Assembly (NCBI GenBank): GCA_964508365.1
Contig: CAZDTP010000019.1
Coordinates: 1 to 63,660 of the forward strand
Reading direction: 5' to 3'
From: an uncultured archaeon
GTDB lineage: Archaea; Asgardarchaeota; Lokiarchaeia; Sigyniarchaeales; SOKP01
Length of the DNA: 63,660 nucleotides
Shown: one piece after another, positions 36,664-46,802 of the stretch
How the letters are laid out: every line of letters starts with the position of its first letter
Position numbering within the stretch: position 1 is the first letter of the stretch
Program-made: the position numbers and the translations under genes
Notes under the pieces: model-generated
Told to the model about the DNA's origin: nothing
Databases searched by the model: none
What the model saw: only the letters and a program-made list of their open reading frames with translations

Positions 36664-37344
36664 TTAACTCACCACCTCTTCTAAAACAACTTTATTTGAT
36701 AGGGTTCCAATTTTTTCGATCGATGCTTCTATTAAGTCTCCAGGTTTAATTGGTCCAATTCCTGAGGGTGTTCCTGTTGCAACTATATCTCCAGGTTCCA
36801 TAGTGAAAAATTTTGATATATTTTCAAAAAGTTGAGGAATTTTAAACAATAAGTGTTTCGTGTTTGATGATTGTTTAACAACTCCGTTTACTCTTAACTC
36901 GATTTTAAGATTATGAGGGTCGCTAATTTCTGAATGACTTACGATAGTAGGACCAATTGGACCAAATGTATCAAACGCTTTTGAACGAAACCACGGCAAT
37001 CTTGACGCTATATCTTTAACTTGTATCTTTCTAGCGGTAATATCATTAAATATAGTATAACCTAAAATATGATCGTACGCTTTGTTAGCTTTTACATACT
37101 TGCACTTGTCTTTTATAATAAAAGCTAGTTCTACTTCGTAATCAACCCGGTTATACTTACGATTGTTAAATATCCATTGTGGATAAATAATTGGTGCACC
37201 GTTTGGGATTAGACAGTTTAAAGTTTTTGGAAAAAGAACTGGTTCTTTTGGTACTTCTAACTTAGTTTCTTCTATGTGATCCATATAGTTAGTGCCAATA
37301 CAGATGATTTTTGAAGGATTAATCTCCAATTCTCCTATTTTCAT
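36664..37344 (-). CDS. Fumarylacetoacetate hydrolase family protein (paralog 2); start reassigned to ATG 37344
   Basis: KIICIGTNY.DH, DYEVELA, NDITAR, SKAFD, GDIVATGTPSG. Confidence 0.93.
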   Translation of the reverse strand: MKIGELEINPSKIICIGTNYMDHIEETKLEVPKEPVLFPKTLNCLIPNGAPIIYPQWIFNNRKYNRVDYEVELAFIIKDKCKYVKANKAYDHILGYTIFNDITARKIQVKDIASRLPWFRSKAFDTFGPIGPTIVSHSEISDPHNLKIELRVNGVVKQSSNTKHLLFKIPQLFENISKFFTMEPGDIVATGTPSGIGPIKPGDLIEASIEKIGTLSNKVVLEEVVS

Positions 37345-37481
37345 CCTATAACATAGCACCTATTAAATATTTCCAGTTTATCAAACAAAAATATTAGTTA
37401 TATCATTTATTAGAATAGATTGATTATGAATATTAAAGTTAGGATTGAAATATAAATTATGGTTTTATAGAAGGATATATC

Positions 37482-38039
37482 ATGTCAGAAGAAAAACATA
37501 TTGAATTCAAAAATAAGATGACTATTAGAATAGCATTAACTGCGATTTTAATTGCTGTTGGAGTCGTTTTGAGTTATTTAAATCCATTTGCTTACTTTAC
37601 AATTGCTGGAACTAAAATAAATCCCTTCGCTCATCTAATTAATGTCTTGAGTGGGGTTTTGTTAGGATTATTATTCTCTATAGTTACTGCTCTTGGTATT
37701 GCTATCATTCGTTATGCAACTGCAATCGGTTCTATTCACGCTTTTCATGGTGGTATTTCAGGTGCTCTAGTTGTAGGTATTACTTCATACATTTTACAAA
37801 AAAAAATTCCAAAATATGTAGAATATGCAGCTTTTGTAGAACCATTAGGGACAGTATTCTTAGGGGGTACTATCGCTGAAATTGTTGTTCCTATCTATGG
37901 AATATTCTCGATGGAAGGGGTACTTGTATATTGGAGTTTATTCTTCATACCATCCATTGTAGGTTGCATACTTGGTTTTATAATTTTAAAAATCCTTAAA
38001 GATTCTGGATATTCATGGGAAAATTTTACAAATAAATAA
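37482..38039 (+). CDS. thiW: ECF transporter S-component, ThiW-like
   Basis: ALTAILIAVGVVLS, PFAHLINVLSGVLLG, EPLGTVFLG. Confidence 0.75.
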   Translation: MSEEKHIEFKNKMTIRIALTAILIAVGVVLSYLNPFAYFTIAGTKINPFAHLINVLSGVLLGLLFSIVTALGIAIIRYATAIGSIHAFHGGISGALVVGITSYILQKKIPKYVEYAAFVEPLGTVFLGGTIAEIVVPIYGIFSMEGVLVYWSLFFIPSIVGCILGFIILKILKDSGYSWENFTNK

Positions 38040-38063
38040 GCTTTTTACTTTTTCTTAATAAAA

Positions 38064-38642
38064 ATGGAAGAATTAGACTTTAAAAATTACGTTGGACACA
38101 GAACATTATTATATGGAGAAGTAAATTCAGGAAAAACTTATTATACTGCTAAATTTGTCCAATATCTCTTAGAAATTAAAATAGTTAACCCTAAAAATAT
38201 AAGTATCTTGGATTTTGCTCCAAAATTAGCTTATTTTAAAAATTTAAAGATCGGTGGAAGAATACAAGATTATTATGAAAATAGCATAAAATGTAATAAT
38301 ATAAATTTTAAAGGAGAAATCATTCCCCCCCGTCTAAAAGCTAATAATAAGAAAGAAATGTATAACAATATTTGTCATAATTTTAATAAAATATATGAAA
38401 TTATAGAAATTTATAACAATAGCCCAACTCCAGTGTTAATCATCAATGATATCTCATTATACTTGCACTTAGGAAGTAATAAATACTTAATTGACACGAT
38501 AAATAAATCAAATACTTTTTTTGGAAATTCTTATTATGGATCATCTATTAGTAGTAAATTCTCGAGACTAATAAGCATCAAAGAAAAGAGAAAAGTTGAA
38601 TCTCTTATAAAAAATGTAGAAAACTCTTTTACAACAACTTAA
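38064..38642 (+). CDS. Uncharacterised P-loop NTPase
   Basis: LLYGEVNSGKT Walker A; LIIND Walker B-like. Confidence 0.7.
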   Translation: MEELDFKNYVGHRTLLYGEVNSGKTYYTAKFVQYLLEIKIVNPKNISILDFAPKLAYFKNLKIGGRIQDYYENSIKCNNINFKGEIIPPRLKANNKKEMYNNICHNFNKIYEIIEIYNNSPTPVLIINDISLYLHLGSNKYLIDTINKSNTFFGNSYYGSSISSKFSRLISIKEKRKVESLIKNVENSFTTT

Positions 38643-38785
38643 TCCGTTTTTCTTTTTCGATTTGATTATTTTACTTTTAAATTATAATTGTAAACGATAA
38701 TAATCACTTCAAATATTTACAATCAATTATCGAATTAGTTTATGAAATTACTAATTTAATAATAATTAAATGAGAAATTTTAAAG

Positions 38786-39637
38786 GTGGATAATAGAATG
38801 TTTAGTTTGAAAGGAAAAACAGCTTTCATTACGGGAGCAAGTCGAGGAATAGGGAAAGCGATAGCTTTGAGATTAGCTGAAGATGGTGCAAATATTGCCG
38901 TAGTAGCTAAAACTAAAGACCCCCATCCGAAACTACCTGGAACTGTGTACTCTGCCGTCGAAGAAATTGAATCTGTTGGTGGAAAAGGTCTTCCTTGCAT
39001 TGCTGATATAAGATTTGAAGAACAAGTTCAGTCAGCTGTGGATACAACGATTAAAGAATTTGGTGGGATAGATATCTTAATTAACGATGCAAGTGCGATA
39101 AATCTGACTCCAACTCTAAAAACTCCTATGAAACGGTTTGATCTGATGTTCTCTGTTAATGTTCGTGGAACATTTTTATGCTCAAAGTTATGTATTCCTT
39201 TTTTAAAGAAATCTGATAATCCTCACATATTAAATCTCTCACCTCCCTTAAACATGGACTCAAAATGGTTTGCTCATCATGTAGCCTATACAATGTCAAA
39301 ATATAGTATGAGCATGTGTGTTCTTGGTATGGCTGAAGAATTCAAAAAAGATGGAATTGCTATTAACGCTTTATGGCCAAGAACTGCAATTGCTACTGCT
39401 GCGGTAAAAAACCTATTAGGGGGGGAAACAGCGTTTAAACATTCGAGAAAACCTGAAATTGTAGCTGATGCGGCGTATATTATTTTAACAAGACCTAGCA
39501 GAGATTATACGGGTAATTTTTTCATCGACGATGAAGTGTTAATTGAAAATGGAGTAATTGATCTTGGAAAATATTCTGTTGTGCCTAATGCTCGACTCAC
39601 ACCAGATTTCTTTCTTTATGGTGGGGGTCAAACTTAG
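38786..39637 (+). CDS. Short-chain dehydrogenase (HSDL2-like)
   Basis: TGASRGIG, PHPKLPGT, YTMSK, NALWPRT.IATAA. Confidence 0.92.
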   Translation: MDNRMFSLKGKTAFITGASRGIGKAIALRLAEDGANIAVVAKTKDPHPKLPGTVYSAVEEIESVGGKGLPCIADIRFEEQVQSAVDTTIKEFGGIDILINDASAINLTPTLKTPMKRFDLMFSVNVRGTFLCSKLCIPFLKKSDNPHILNLSPPLNMDSKWFAHHVAYTMSKYSMSMCVLGMAEEFKKDGIAINALWPRTAIATAAVKNLLGGETAFKHSRKPEIVADAAYIILTRPSRDYTGNFFIDDEVLIENGVIDLGKYSVVPNARLTPDFFLYGGGQT

Positions 39638-39807
39638 TTTTTTTTAATTCAGATTATTTTACTATAGATTCATTATTCTTTAGTTCAAATGAGAGAGATA
39701 ATACATCATTCTGGCTAGTGAATTTTGGTAAATATTATTTAAGAAAGTTATTTAATACATTCATATTCTTAAAAATTAAAAAAAATAATAAACACTTAAA
39801 ATATGAG

Positions 39808-40470
39808 ATGATTAAATTGAAAACAAAAGTGCGTGTAATCCTGTTTGGACCTCCAGGAAGTGGAAAAGGCACATTCTCTTCTCAAATAAAGAAAGTTTTA
39901 CCAGATATACCACATATTAGCACAGGGGATATCTTTCGAGAAAATTTAAAAAACGAAACACCCCTCGGTTTAAAGGCTAAAGAATATATGGATAAAGGTG
40001 AATTAGTTCCGGATGAGGTGACTATTAATATGGTTGGTAATAGACTAGTTAGAGAAGATGTGAAAGAACACGGATTCATTTTAGACGGTTTTCCGCGAAC
40101 TCTAAATCAAACTGAAGCTTTAACCCAGATAACGGAAATAGATTTATTTCTTCTATTAGATGTAAGTCGCGAGATCATAACAAAAAGAATTTTAGGAAGA
40201 TACTCATGTAAAGAGTGTGGTGAAATCTTTAATAAGTATACTCTTCCACCAAAAACAGAAGGTATATGTGATAAGTGTGGCACTGAAATAAAATTTGAAC
40301 AAAGAAGCGATGACAATGAAGAGACTTTAAAAAATCGGTTAGATGCTTACGAGAAGAACGCAAAACCAATAATAAAATACTACAAAAAGAAAAAATTATT
40401 AAGAAAAGTGAACGCTGAAAATACTTTAGCATTAACCGAGAATGATATTAAAAAGATATTAGAAGTGTAA
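39808..40470 (+). CDS. adk: Adenylate kinase (bacterial type, zinc LID); start reassigned to ATG 39808
   Basis: GPPGSGKGT, HISTGDIFR, GFILDGFPR, CKEC...CDKC, QRSDD. Confidence 0.95.
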   Translation: MIKLKTKVRVILFGPPGSGKGTFSSQIKKVLPDIPHISTGDIFRENLKNETPLGLKAKEYMDKGELVPDEVTINMVGNRLVREDVKEHGFILDGFPRTLNQTEALTQITEIDLFLLLDVSREIITKRILGRYSCKECGEIFNKYTLPPKTEGICDKCGTEIKFEQRSDDNEETLKNRLDAYEKNAKPIIKYYKKKKLLRKVNAENTLALTENDIKKILEV

Positions 40471-40505
40471 ATTTATTTTTTCTTTAAATTTTTTATAGGG
40501 TAATA

Positions 40506-41255
40506 ATGAAATATAAAATCTGTATTGCAATTCCAATTAGATCTGAAGGTTTAAATGCAAATAAACAAATTATAGAAACTGCGTTAGACTATAACCCTGA
40601 TCTAATTGAATTTAGATTCGATTATATAAACGATGCTAAATTTATTACTTATTCTTTTTTAAAAGAAATAATGAGTAATATCCCTCCTAAAATTCCAAAA
40701 ATTTTTACTTTTAGAAGAAGACAAGAGGGAGGTCAATATGATTTAAGTATAAATGAAAGGTTAAAAGTTTTAAGACAGTTAATTGAAGTAAAGCCAGACT
40801 ACATTGATATTGAAATTAATTCAGAACCCGAAATCTTAAGTAATCTTATTAATTTGGCTTACGATAACTATGTTAAATTAATCTTCTCTTATCACGAATT
40901 TGAAAAATCTATTGCTTACGAAGAAATAGCTGAAAAACTAATTAATTTTGAAGAAAAGTTAAAGCGTGAACTATTTATTGATTTATATAAAATAAATGAA
41001 ATTATCTTCAAAATTATATTAACAGCTCAAGTTTTTGATGACAATGTAAAAGTTTTAAATATATGCAAAAAACTTTCTCGTCAAGATAAGAAGTTTGTAT
41101 GTTTTGCTATGGGGGAAGTGGGGATATTGTCTCGAATACTATGCGTTAAATTTGGATCTTTATGGACATATGGCTCTCTGGAAGAAAAAACTGCTCCTGG
41201 CCAAATCAAAATTGAAAAAATTAGAGAAATACATCAATTATTGTTTGAAAATTGA
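40506..41255 (+). CDS. aroD: Type I 3-dehydroquinate dehydratase
   Basis: IEFRFD, TFRRRQEGG, IFSYH, FAMGEVG..SR, TAPGQ. Confidence 0.92.
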   Translation: MKYKICIAIPIRSEGLNANKQIIETALDYNPDLIEFRFDYINDAKFITYSFLKEIMSNIPPKIPKIFTFRRRQEGGQYDLSINERLKVLRQLIEVKPDYIDIEINSEPEILSNLINLAYDNYVKLIFSYHEFEKSIAYEEIAEKLINFEEKLKRELFIDLYKINEIIFKIILTAQVFDDNVKVLNICKKLSRQDKKFVCFAMGEVGILSRILCVKFGSLWTYGSLEEKTAPGQIKIEKIREIHQLLFEN

Positions 41256-41268
41256 TGAAATCTATGAT

Positions 41269-41445
41269 TTATTCAGCTTTGTCAAACACTAATCCGCAAT
41301 TGCCGCATTTAATTCTCTTTTTATAAACCGGAGCTCCCTGCATTGAGTAATAGAGCACCTGGGTTTTATCAGGTTCCTCATGCAACTTTCTTGGGTTTTC
41401 TTCCCCACAATTAGAACATTTAAATCGTTTCGTTTCTGTCATCAT
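41269..41445 (-). CDS. 58-aa zinc-ribbon protein (below the ORF-track cutoff)
   Basis: MMTETKRFKCSNCGEENPRKLHEEPDKTQVLYYSMQGAPVYKKRIKCGNCGLVFDKAE*; two CxxCG motifs. Confidence 0.75.
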   Translation of the reverse strand: MMTETKRFKCSNCGEENPRKLHEEPDKTQVLYYSMQGAPVYKKRIKCGNCGLVFDKAE

Positions 41446-41584
41446 TAAGTATATCTCGGTTATAGTTTGAACAAATAATAGTTTCTCTAAATATAAATTT
41501 AGGTTTTACCACAAATTTACATTATGTCATCTTTACAAATAGAAGTTAAAATGTAAATAGACTCATTGTTAAAAATATATTAAA

Positions 41585-41911
41585 TTAATTATCTGTACTT
41601 CCTAGAATTTGCGTTAATTTTTTCCGATACTCTTCAAAAGCTTTCCTACCCCCCTCACTAAGCTTAAGTAAGGTGTTAGTTTTCTTATTTTTAATACTCT
41701 TTTCAACAATGACGTAACCAGCACTTTCAAGTTTGCTAAGATGAGACGATAAATTTCCATCAGTTAATCCCGTCTGTCCTTTAATCCAAACGAAATCAGC
41801 GTTTTCAATAACATATAAAAGAGAAATGATCATCAAACGAGCTGGTTCGTGAATAAGTTTGTTAATCTCTGTAAGGATTTGTATCTTTCCTTCAGATTCG
41901 TCTGATTTCAT
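41585..41911 (-). CDS. Winged-helix transcriptional regulator (ArsR/MarR-like)
   Basis: IHEPARL.I.S.L...TDGNLSSHLSKLE.AGYV. Confidence 0.9.
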   Translation of the reverse strand: MKSDESEGKIQILTEINKLIHEPARLMIISLLYVIENADFVWIKGQTGLTDGNLSSHLSKLESAGYVIVEKSIKNKKTNTLLKLSEGGRKAFEEYRKKLTQILGSTDN

Positions 41912-41936
41912 TTTCTTTTTAGCGATTGGATATCAC

Positions 41937-42572
41937 CTACTTTTGCGATGATGAGTATTTACGGAGGAACTGAACGAAATAAACTAAACCAATAGAAATG
42001 ATAGCAATCCCTACCGAACCTTGACTCAAAAACAAGTCTAAAGGAGAACCTACCAAAGGATATAATAGTTCTGAGTTGAAAAAACCTAATCCGAAGAAAA
42101 TAGCATATACGTATAATCTATGAAATTCTAAAAAATAAGCTAAGATACTTAGAGGAACTGTTATTAATAGTAATCCAATAACTAGTGGTTCGGTTAAACC
42201 TCCTATATTTAACGCTTTGAAAAATCCACTTATGTTTATAAATAGTAGCAAAAAAGCTAAGATTACGTTAAAAATTAAAAATGCTAATAGTCTTTTCTTC
42301 AGTTTTTTTCTTTTGGCACCAAATTTAACAAAACCCATACGAGGTATCGTAATAAATTTCTTGCTTAAAATTAAGAATAGTACTGCTATTGTATTCCAGC
42401 ATAATACGATTATCATGCTACCTATCTCTGCAGGTAAACCAAAAACATCTACAAAAGGGGCAATTGCCAATCCTAAAAATAACCAACCAAGAAAAATATC
42501 CCAAATACCATCCTGAAACGCAGATCTCCAAGCTCTCTTTTCCAATTCCCTTAAGTCAATTTGTTCATTCAC
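41937..42572 (-). CDS. Multi-pass membrane protein, paralog 1 of a tandem triplet
   Basis: LEKRAWRSAFQDGIWDIFLG...PRMGFVKFG...LAYFLEFHRLYVYA. Confidence 0.85.
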   Translation of the reverse strand: MNEQIDLRELEKRAWRSAFQDGIWDIFLGWLFLGLAIAPFVDVFGLPAEIGSMIIVLCWNTIAVLFLILSKKFITIPRMGFVKFGAKRKKLKKRLLAFLIFNVILAFLLLFINISGFFKALNIGGLTEPLVIGLLLITVPLSILAYFLEFHRLYVYAIFFGLGFFNSELLYPLVGSPLDLFLSQGSVGIAIISIGLVYFVQFLRKYSSSQK

Positions 42573-43220
42573 CTAATTTACACCCTCTTCTCCCTTTAGT
42601 GAATATCTTTTAAGAAACTTAATAAAAATGATTAGTCCTGTGATTGTAATAAGTAATCCTACCCCTCCAAACGGTATAATTTCATGATATGGTGCCCCAA
42701 AAATTGGCAGTAATAGTTCACTAATAAATAAACCTAAACCTCCTAATAAAGCGTATAAACACAAACGCTTTAATTGTAGGAAATATGCTAATACGCTAAA
42801 AGGCACTGTAATAAATAGTAGTCCTATTAATAACATAACCAAGAATTCTGGTAACTGCAATTGAAACATACCCAATAATGTGAATATAAATGTTATGAAA
42901 GTAAGAGCAACCATCAAACCCATAAATAGTGCTAAAAATTTATTTCGCTTTTTTCGTATTTGCCCAAATTTAACAAAACCCATCCTAGGCCGAGTAATGT
43001 ATTTCTTACCAAGAAAAAAAATGAGCATCGCTCCAATATCCCAACTGAAAACAGTTACTAAAACATTCACAGTCTCTGGTAGTCCAAAAAATCCCCCCAA
43101 CCAAGAAAAACCTATCCCTGCGATTATCAAACCAAAATAGATGTCCCATAAGCCATCTTGAAAAGTAGATTTCCACGCTTTTTTTTCCATTTCCTTTATA
43201 TCAATGGGTTCTTCAGTCAT
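42573..43220 (-). CDS. Multi-pass membrane protein, paralog 2
   Basis: MEKKAWKSTFQDGLWDIYFG...PRMGFVKFG...LAYFLQLKRLCLYA. Confidence 0.85.
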   Translation of the reverse strand: MTEEPIDIKEMEKKAWKSTFQDGLWDIYFGLIIAGIGFSWLGGFFGLPETVNVLVTVFSWDIGAMLIFFLGKKYITRPRMGFVKFGQIRKKRNKFLALFMGLMVALTFITFIFTLLGMFQLQLPEFLVMLLIGLLFITVPFSVLAYFLQLKRLCLYALLGGLGLFISELLLPIFGAPYHEIIPFGGVGLLITITGLIIFIKFLKRYSLKGEEGVN

Positions 43221-43848
43221 CCGTATTTATCTCCTCTTGTGGTAATTGAAATTTCTTGATAAATCTAATTAGATAAACAATACCTACAAGTATTAAAATC
43301 CCTCCTAATAAAAAGTATGAGAATAAAAAGTTAAAAGGGATTGGTATGATAAGGGATGAAATATCTGCTAAAAAGAATGTGCACCCGAATACAACTGCAT
43401 AAACATACAAGCGATTAAACTGTATAAAGTAAGCCACAAAACATAATGGAATAGTTAAAAATAAGAGACCTTCTAGCAAGTAAGGGAGAGAAAAACTTCC
43501 TTCAGGGTTAAACAGGTTGAAAAGATAAAGGATTAATAAGATCACCATATTAACGGACAAAATAACAATCGTTTTGATTTTTCTAACTTTTCGATTTCGA
43601 CCAAATTTGACAGTTCCAATTCGCGGTTTAATAAGATATTTCTTGCTCAAAATAAAAAAAGCGAAACCTAATGCTATCATAATTGGTCCTAACAATACAT
43701 TTAAAGGATCGGGTAAAAAATCTTGAAGGGCAATACTAGGTCCAAAGCTTGCAAGTAAAATTCCAAAGTAAATATCGAAGATTCCATCATCAAAGGTAGT
43801 TGTCCATGCTTTTTTTTCTAGTTTTTCAAGTTCATTTTCATTATTTAT
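43213..43848 (-). CDS. Multi-pass membrane protein, paralog 3; N-terminus extended to an ATA start
   Basis: Upstream of the called TTG the frame reads INNENELEKLEKKAWTTTFDDGIFDIYFG, homologous to paralogs 1 and 2. In-frame TAA precedes GGTGAT-ATA-AAC-ATA; ATA 43848 gives 211 aa, as in paralog 1. Confidence 0.8.
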   Translation of the reverse strand: MNNENELEKLEKKAWTTTFDDGIFDIYFGILLASFGPSIALQDFLPDPLNVLLGPIMIALGFAFFILSKKYLIKPRIGTVKFGRNRKVRKIKTIVILSVNMVILLILYLFNLFNPEGSFSLPYLLEGLLFLTIPLCFVAYFIQFNRLYVYAVVFGCTFFLADISSLIIPIPFNFLFSYFLLGGILILVGIVYLIRFIKKFQLPQEEINTDD

Positions 43849-43988
43849 GTTTATATCACCTTACATCTTAATAGTGTAGTATTACATAATTACAATACAC
43901 TTTACCTCATAATTTCATTTATTTGTTTTTATTTTTTAATTGATAATAAAAAAGATAGAAAAAAAGGAGCACTTGAATACTCCAATTA

Positions 43989-45668
43989 TTATTCTATTTT
44001 ATTTAATTTTTTCATGCCAAAAATTAGTAAAGGAATGCTTGTTGCTAAATTATAAAGGAAGATTACTCCGTGTATAACAAGTACCCTTAAAACCAAAGAA
44101 TCTATGTCAATGAAAATTAGCGCCATAATAGGTATGAAAATTAAGGGCTGTAAGAGAATCATAGAAATCATAGAGTTACTTTTCATGTTTGAATCTTTTT
44201 CTCCATAAGCAGGGGAAATACATTCAATTCCCATAGCTTGACACATCACCAACTCTGAAAATATCAAAAATTCTCCAAAGAATATAACAGTGTTAACGAT
44301 ATCGAGGTTTGCAAATATACTGAATATGATCGAAATGGAAGCGGCAATAAAAATGTTTAAAATAAACATAGATAATAAGTAAGAATATACTAAACCTTTT
44401 ATTCCTCTTGGGGATCTTTTATAGACCCAAATTAAATCTTTCGAATCTACGAAACCAAGATGTCCAAGCATCATACTTCCGATACCTCCTCCAATTGCGA
44501 TTAATAGGGTATTTGCAAACACTATACCAAAAACATCATCTGCCATTCCTCCTATAAACCATGACATAAATCCTAGAAGTCCGACTACATAAACAATTCT
44601 AGCATAATTAGCCTTCTTTCGTAAAAATCTTTTTAACTGCATAACAGTTAAGCCTGCCCATTTACGGTTTATTGCTTTCCTAACAATCTTATAGAATATA
44701 TTTTCGTGTTCTACAACCGTAATGCTACTTTTTTCGATGCCCCCTTCTAAAATATAAAAAGATTCAGCTTTTTTATAGGAAATGTACAAAACTGTTAATG
44801 GGATGGCTATTACTAATAGAAGACTAACCCATATATTTAAAATAAAAGCGTTAAGTAAAATCGGGTCTATGCTGTATAAAATAATGTTTGAAAACCATAG
44901 CGAGGGATAAAAAGCTAACCAATTCTTTAATTCTGGATTTGCCATCAGTTCGTTGAGGAAGAATAATACCCCATACATTATGACTATCATTACAATCGTG
45001 AAAATCCATATCAACGCTTTTCCTAAATCCTTTGCTTTTTCGCTTTTGGATATTTTATGTTCAATCCAACTTGCTATTATTGATCCAACCAAGTTTGCAA
45101 AATATACAAGTCCAAAAACACTTCCATATATTACGATGAATTGAACGATTGTTAATTCTATAAGCGGATTTACCATACCAACTACTATAGGAGCCAAGAT
45201 TAATATTACCATTGAATATAACGGCGCTTTCCCTAAAAATTCTCCAAGAAAAATATCATTTGCTTTCACCGGAGTCGCTAATAATGTTTCTTTAAATCCA
45301 ACTTCCATTTCTCTGTATACATTATTTAAGGGATACATCACCAAGATTAAAAAGAATGTCATCATGAAAGTCTCAATGAGTATTGCAACAACAGGCTTAA
45401 AAATAGTTGAATACTGAGCTGCTAAAGTCGGAATAAACATGTCAAATATGAAAGGAGCGATTAAAAACGCCCATAAGAACAACAATGCATACATTAAGAT
45501 AAAGACTGATTTTCGATGATTTCGAAAACTGCTTGTTCTTACCCTAATCTCGTTCTTCGCTATTACTCTCCATAAACTCTTTTTTTTATATTGCAGTTCA
45601 AGTATCCTGTTCTGAACACTTATGCTTTCAGATGATTCAAACTTCTTTTCAGTGGTTAATAAAGTCAT
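43989..45668 (-). CDS. ABC-2 type exporter permease (duplicated two-half type)
   Basis: ~12 TM helices in two halves; ETLLATPVKANDIFLGEF; adjacent to an ABC ATPase. Confidence 0.85.
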   Translation of the reverse strand: MTLLTTEKKFESSESISVQNRILELQYKKKSLWRVIAKNEIRVRTSSFRNHRKSVFILMYALLFLWAFLIAPFIFDMFIPTLAAQYSTIFKPVVAILIETFMMTFFLILVMYPLNNVYREMEVGFKETLLATPVKANDIFLGEFLGKAPLYSMVILILAPIVVGMVNPLIELTIVQFIVIYGSVFGLVYFANLVGSIIASWIEHKISKSEKAKDLGKALIWIFTIVMIVIMYGVLFFLNELMANPELKNWLAFYPSLWFSNIILYSIDPILLNAFILNIWVSLLLVIAIPLTVLYISYKKAESFYILEGGIEKSSITVVEHENIFYKIVRKAINRKWAGLTVMQLKRFLRKKANYARIVYVVGLLGFMSWFIGGMADDVFGIVFANTLLIAIGGGIGSMMLGHLGFVDSKDLIWVYKRSPRGIKGLVYSYLLSMFILNIFIAASISIIFSIFANLDIVNTVIFFGEFLIFSELVMCQAMGIECISPAYGEKDSNMKSNSMISMILLQPLIFIPIMALIFIDIDSLVLRVLVIHGVIFLYNLATSIPLLIFGMKKLNKIE

Positions 45669-45675
45669 TTAAAAT

Positions 45676-46515
45676 CTACCTCAAATTTTTGTTTTTTTTC
45701 TTAGTTTTTTTCTGCTTTTTGTTATTAACGGTGTTGTTATTAGAGTTTTCTTCTCTCCACGCTAATAAATCATCAATGTGAGAGGCTCCAGTAATCTTTA
45801 GGTACGCTTCTTCTAAATCCTTAGCGCCAACAGACTCAATAATATCTTTTGGAGTGCCTTCTATTTTTAGCTCACCATTAACGATAATACCGATAATATC
45901 GCATAATTCTTCTGCGGAATCAAGAAGGTGAGTACAAATAAAAACGGTTTTATCCGCTTTTTTGGCTAATTGGGAAATAAGATTCTTCACCAATCTTGCA
46001 GTTGCAGGATCTAAATTTGATGTAGGCTCGTCTAAGAATATAATTTCAGGATCTTGGATTAACGCTGCACACAAACAAACTTTTTGTTTCATCCCCCTAG
46101 AATAACTTTCTAAGAGATCGTTTTCTCTACCTTCTAAATCAAAAAGCTCCAGTAACTCATTAATACGGGCGGAAATTATATCTTTGGGTAAGTAATACAA
46201 TTCTCCGATAAATTCTAAGAATTCTTTTGCAGTGAGCTTGGAATATAGACCAGGAGATTCGGGTAAAAATCCGCATATTCTTCTGATATCTTCGTTCTGA
46301 GTAACTAAATCATAACCACCAACAGAAGCGTTACCAGAAGTTTTTGAAATAATTGCGTTAAGCATTCTAACTGTCGTGGTTTTACCTGCTCCATTTGGAC
46401 CGAGTAATCCATAAGTTTTACCAAAAGGGATTTTTAAATTAAGTTTACTAACTGCACGGACACTACCGAAATTTTTTGTCAGTTCGTTCGCAACTATCGC
46501 ATAACTTTCAGTCAT
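45676..46515 (-). CDS. ABC transporter ATP-binding protein
   Basis: GPNGAGKTT, YSRGMKQK, IFLDEPT, ICTH. Confidence 0.95.
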   Translation of the reverse strand: MTESYAIVANELTKNFGSVRAVSKLNLKIPFGKTYGLLGPNGAGKTTTVRMLNAIISKTSGNASVGGYDLVTQNEDIRRICGFLPESPGLYSKLTAKEFLEFIGELYYLPKDIISARINELLELFDLEGRENDLLESYSRGMKQKVCLCAALIQDPEIIFLDEPTSNLDPATARLVKNLISQLAKKADKTVFICTHLLDSAEELCDIIGIIVNGELKIEGTPKDIIESVGAKDLEEAYLKITGASHIDDLLAWREENSNNNTVNNKKQKKTKKKNKNLR

Positions 46516-46587
46516 TTTTTTTTTATCAACTCTTTTTTTTATTTTATTTTAATTTTTAATTTTTTCATTTATTATGAGCTTTAACTC

Positions 46588-46797
46588 TTAAATATCCATT
46601 ATTTTATCCTTCATTCCTCTTTCTATTCTAAACCTAACTAAAAAAGAGATATTCATTGTTAAAGAAATTCCTGTGAACATGCCTTCAAGAAAATCAATTA
46701 TGGGATATTGGTTATCAAATCTCCCTAAAATAAGGGCTATTAAAAGTGAAAACATTCCTATTATAAACAAGTTCTCTTTCTTCTTCTTAAAATGCAT
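46588..46797 (-). CDS. Small two-TM membrane protein
   Basis: 69-aa ATG ORF with two hydrophobic helices, in the same run as the ABC genes. Confidence 0.6.
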   Translation of the reverse strand: MHFKKKKENLFIIGMFSLLIALILGRFDNQYPIIDFLEGMFTGISLTMNISFLVRFRIERGMKDKIMDI

Positions 46798-46802
46798 TTT
46801 TT

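Noticed and set aside
38064-38642. PSTK (phosphoseryl-tRNA kinase) to complete the Sec pathway
   Set aside because: It has a Walker A but lacks the GxPxSGKS/T pattern and C-terminal domain expected of PSTK, and is 30 kb from the Sec genes.
39718-39807. N-terminal extensions of adk (GTG 39718) and of FAH paralog 2 (37345-37359)
   Set aside because: Family homology begins at downstream ATGs (39808; 37344); the extensions look like AT-rich intergenic sequence.
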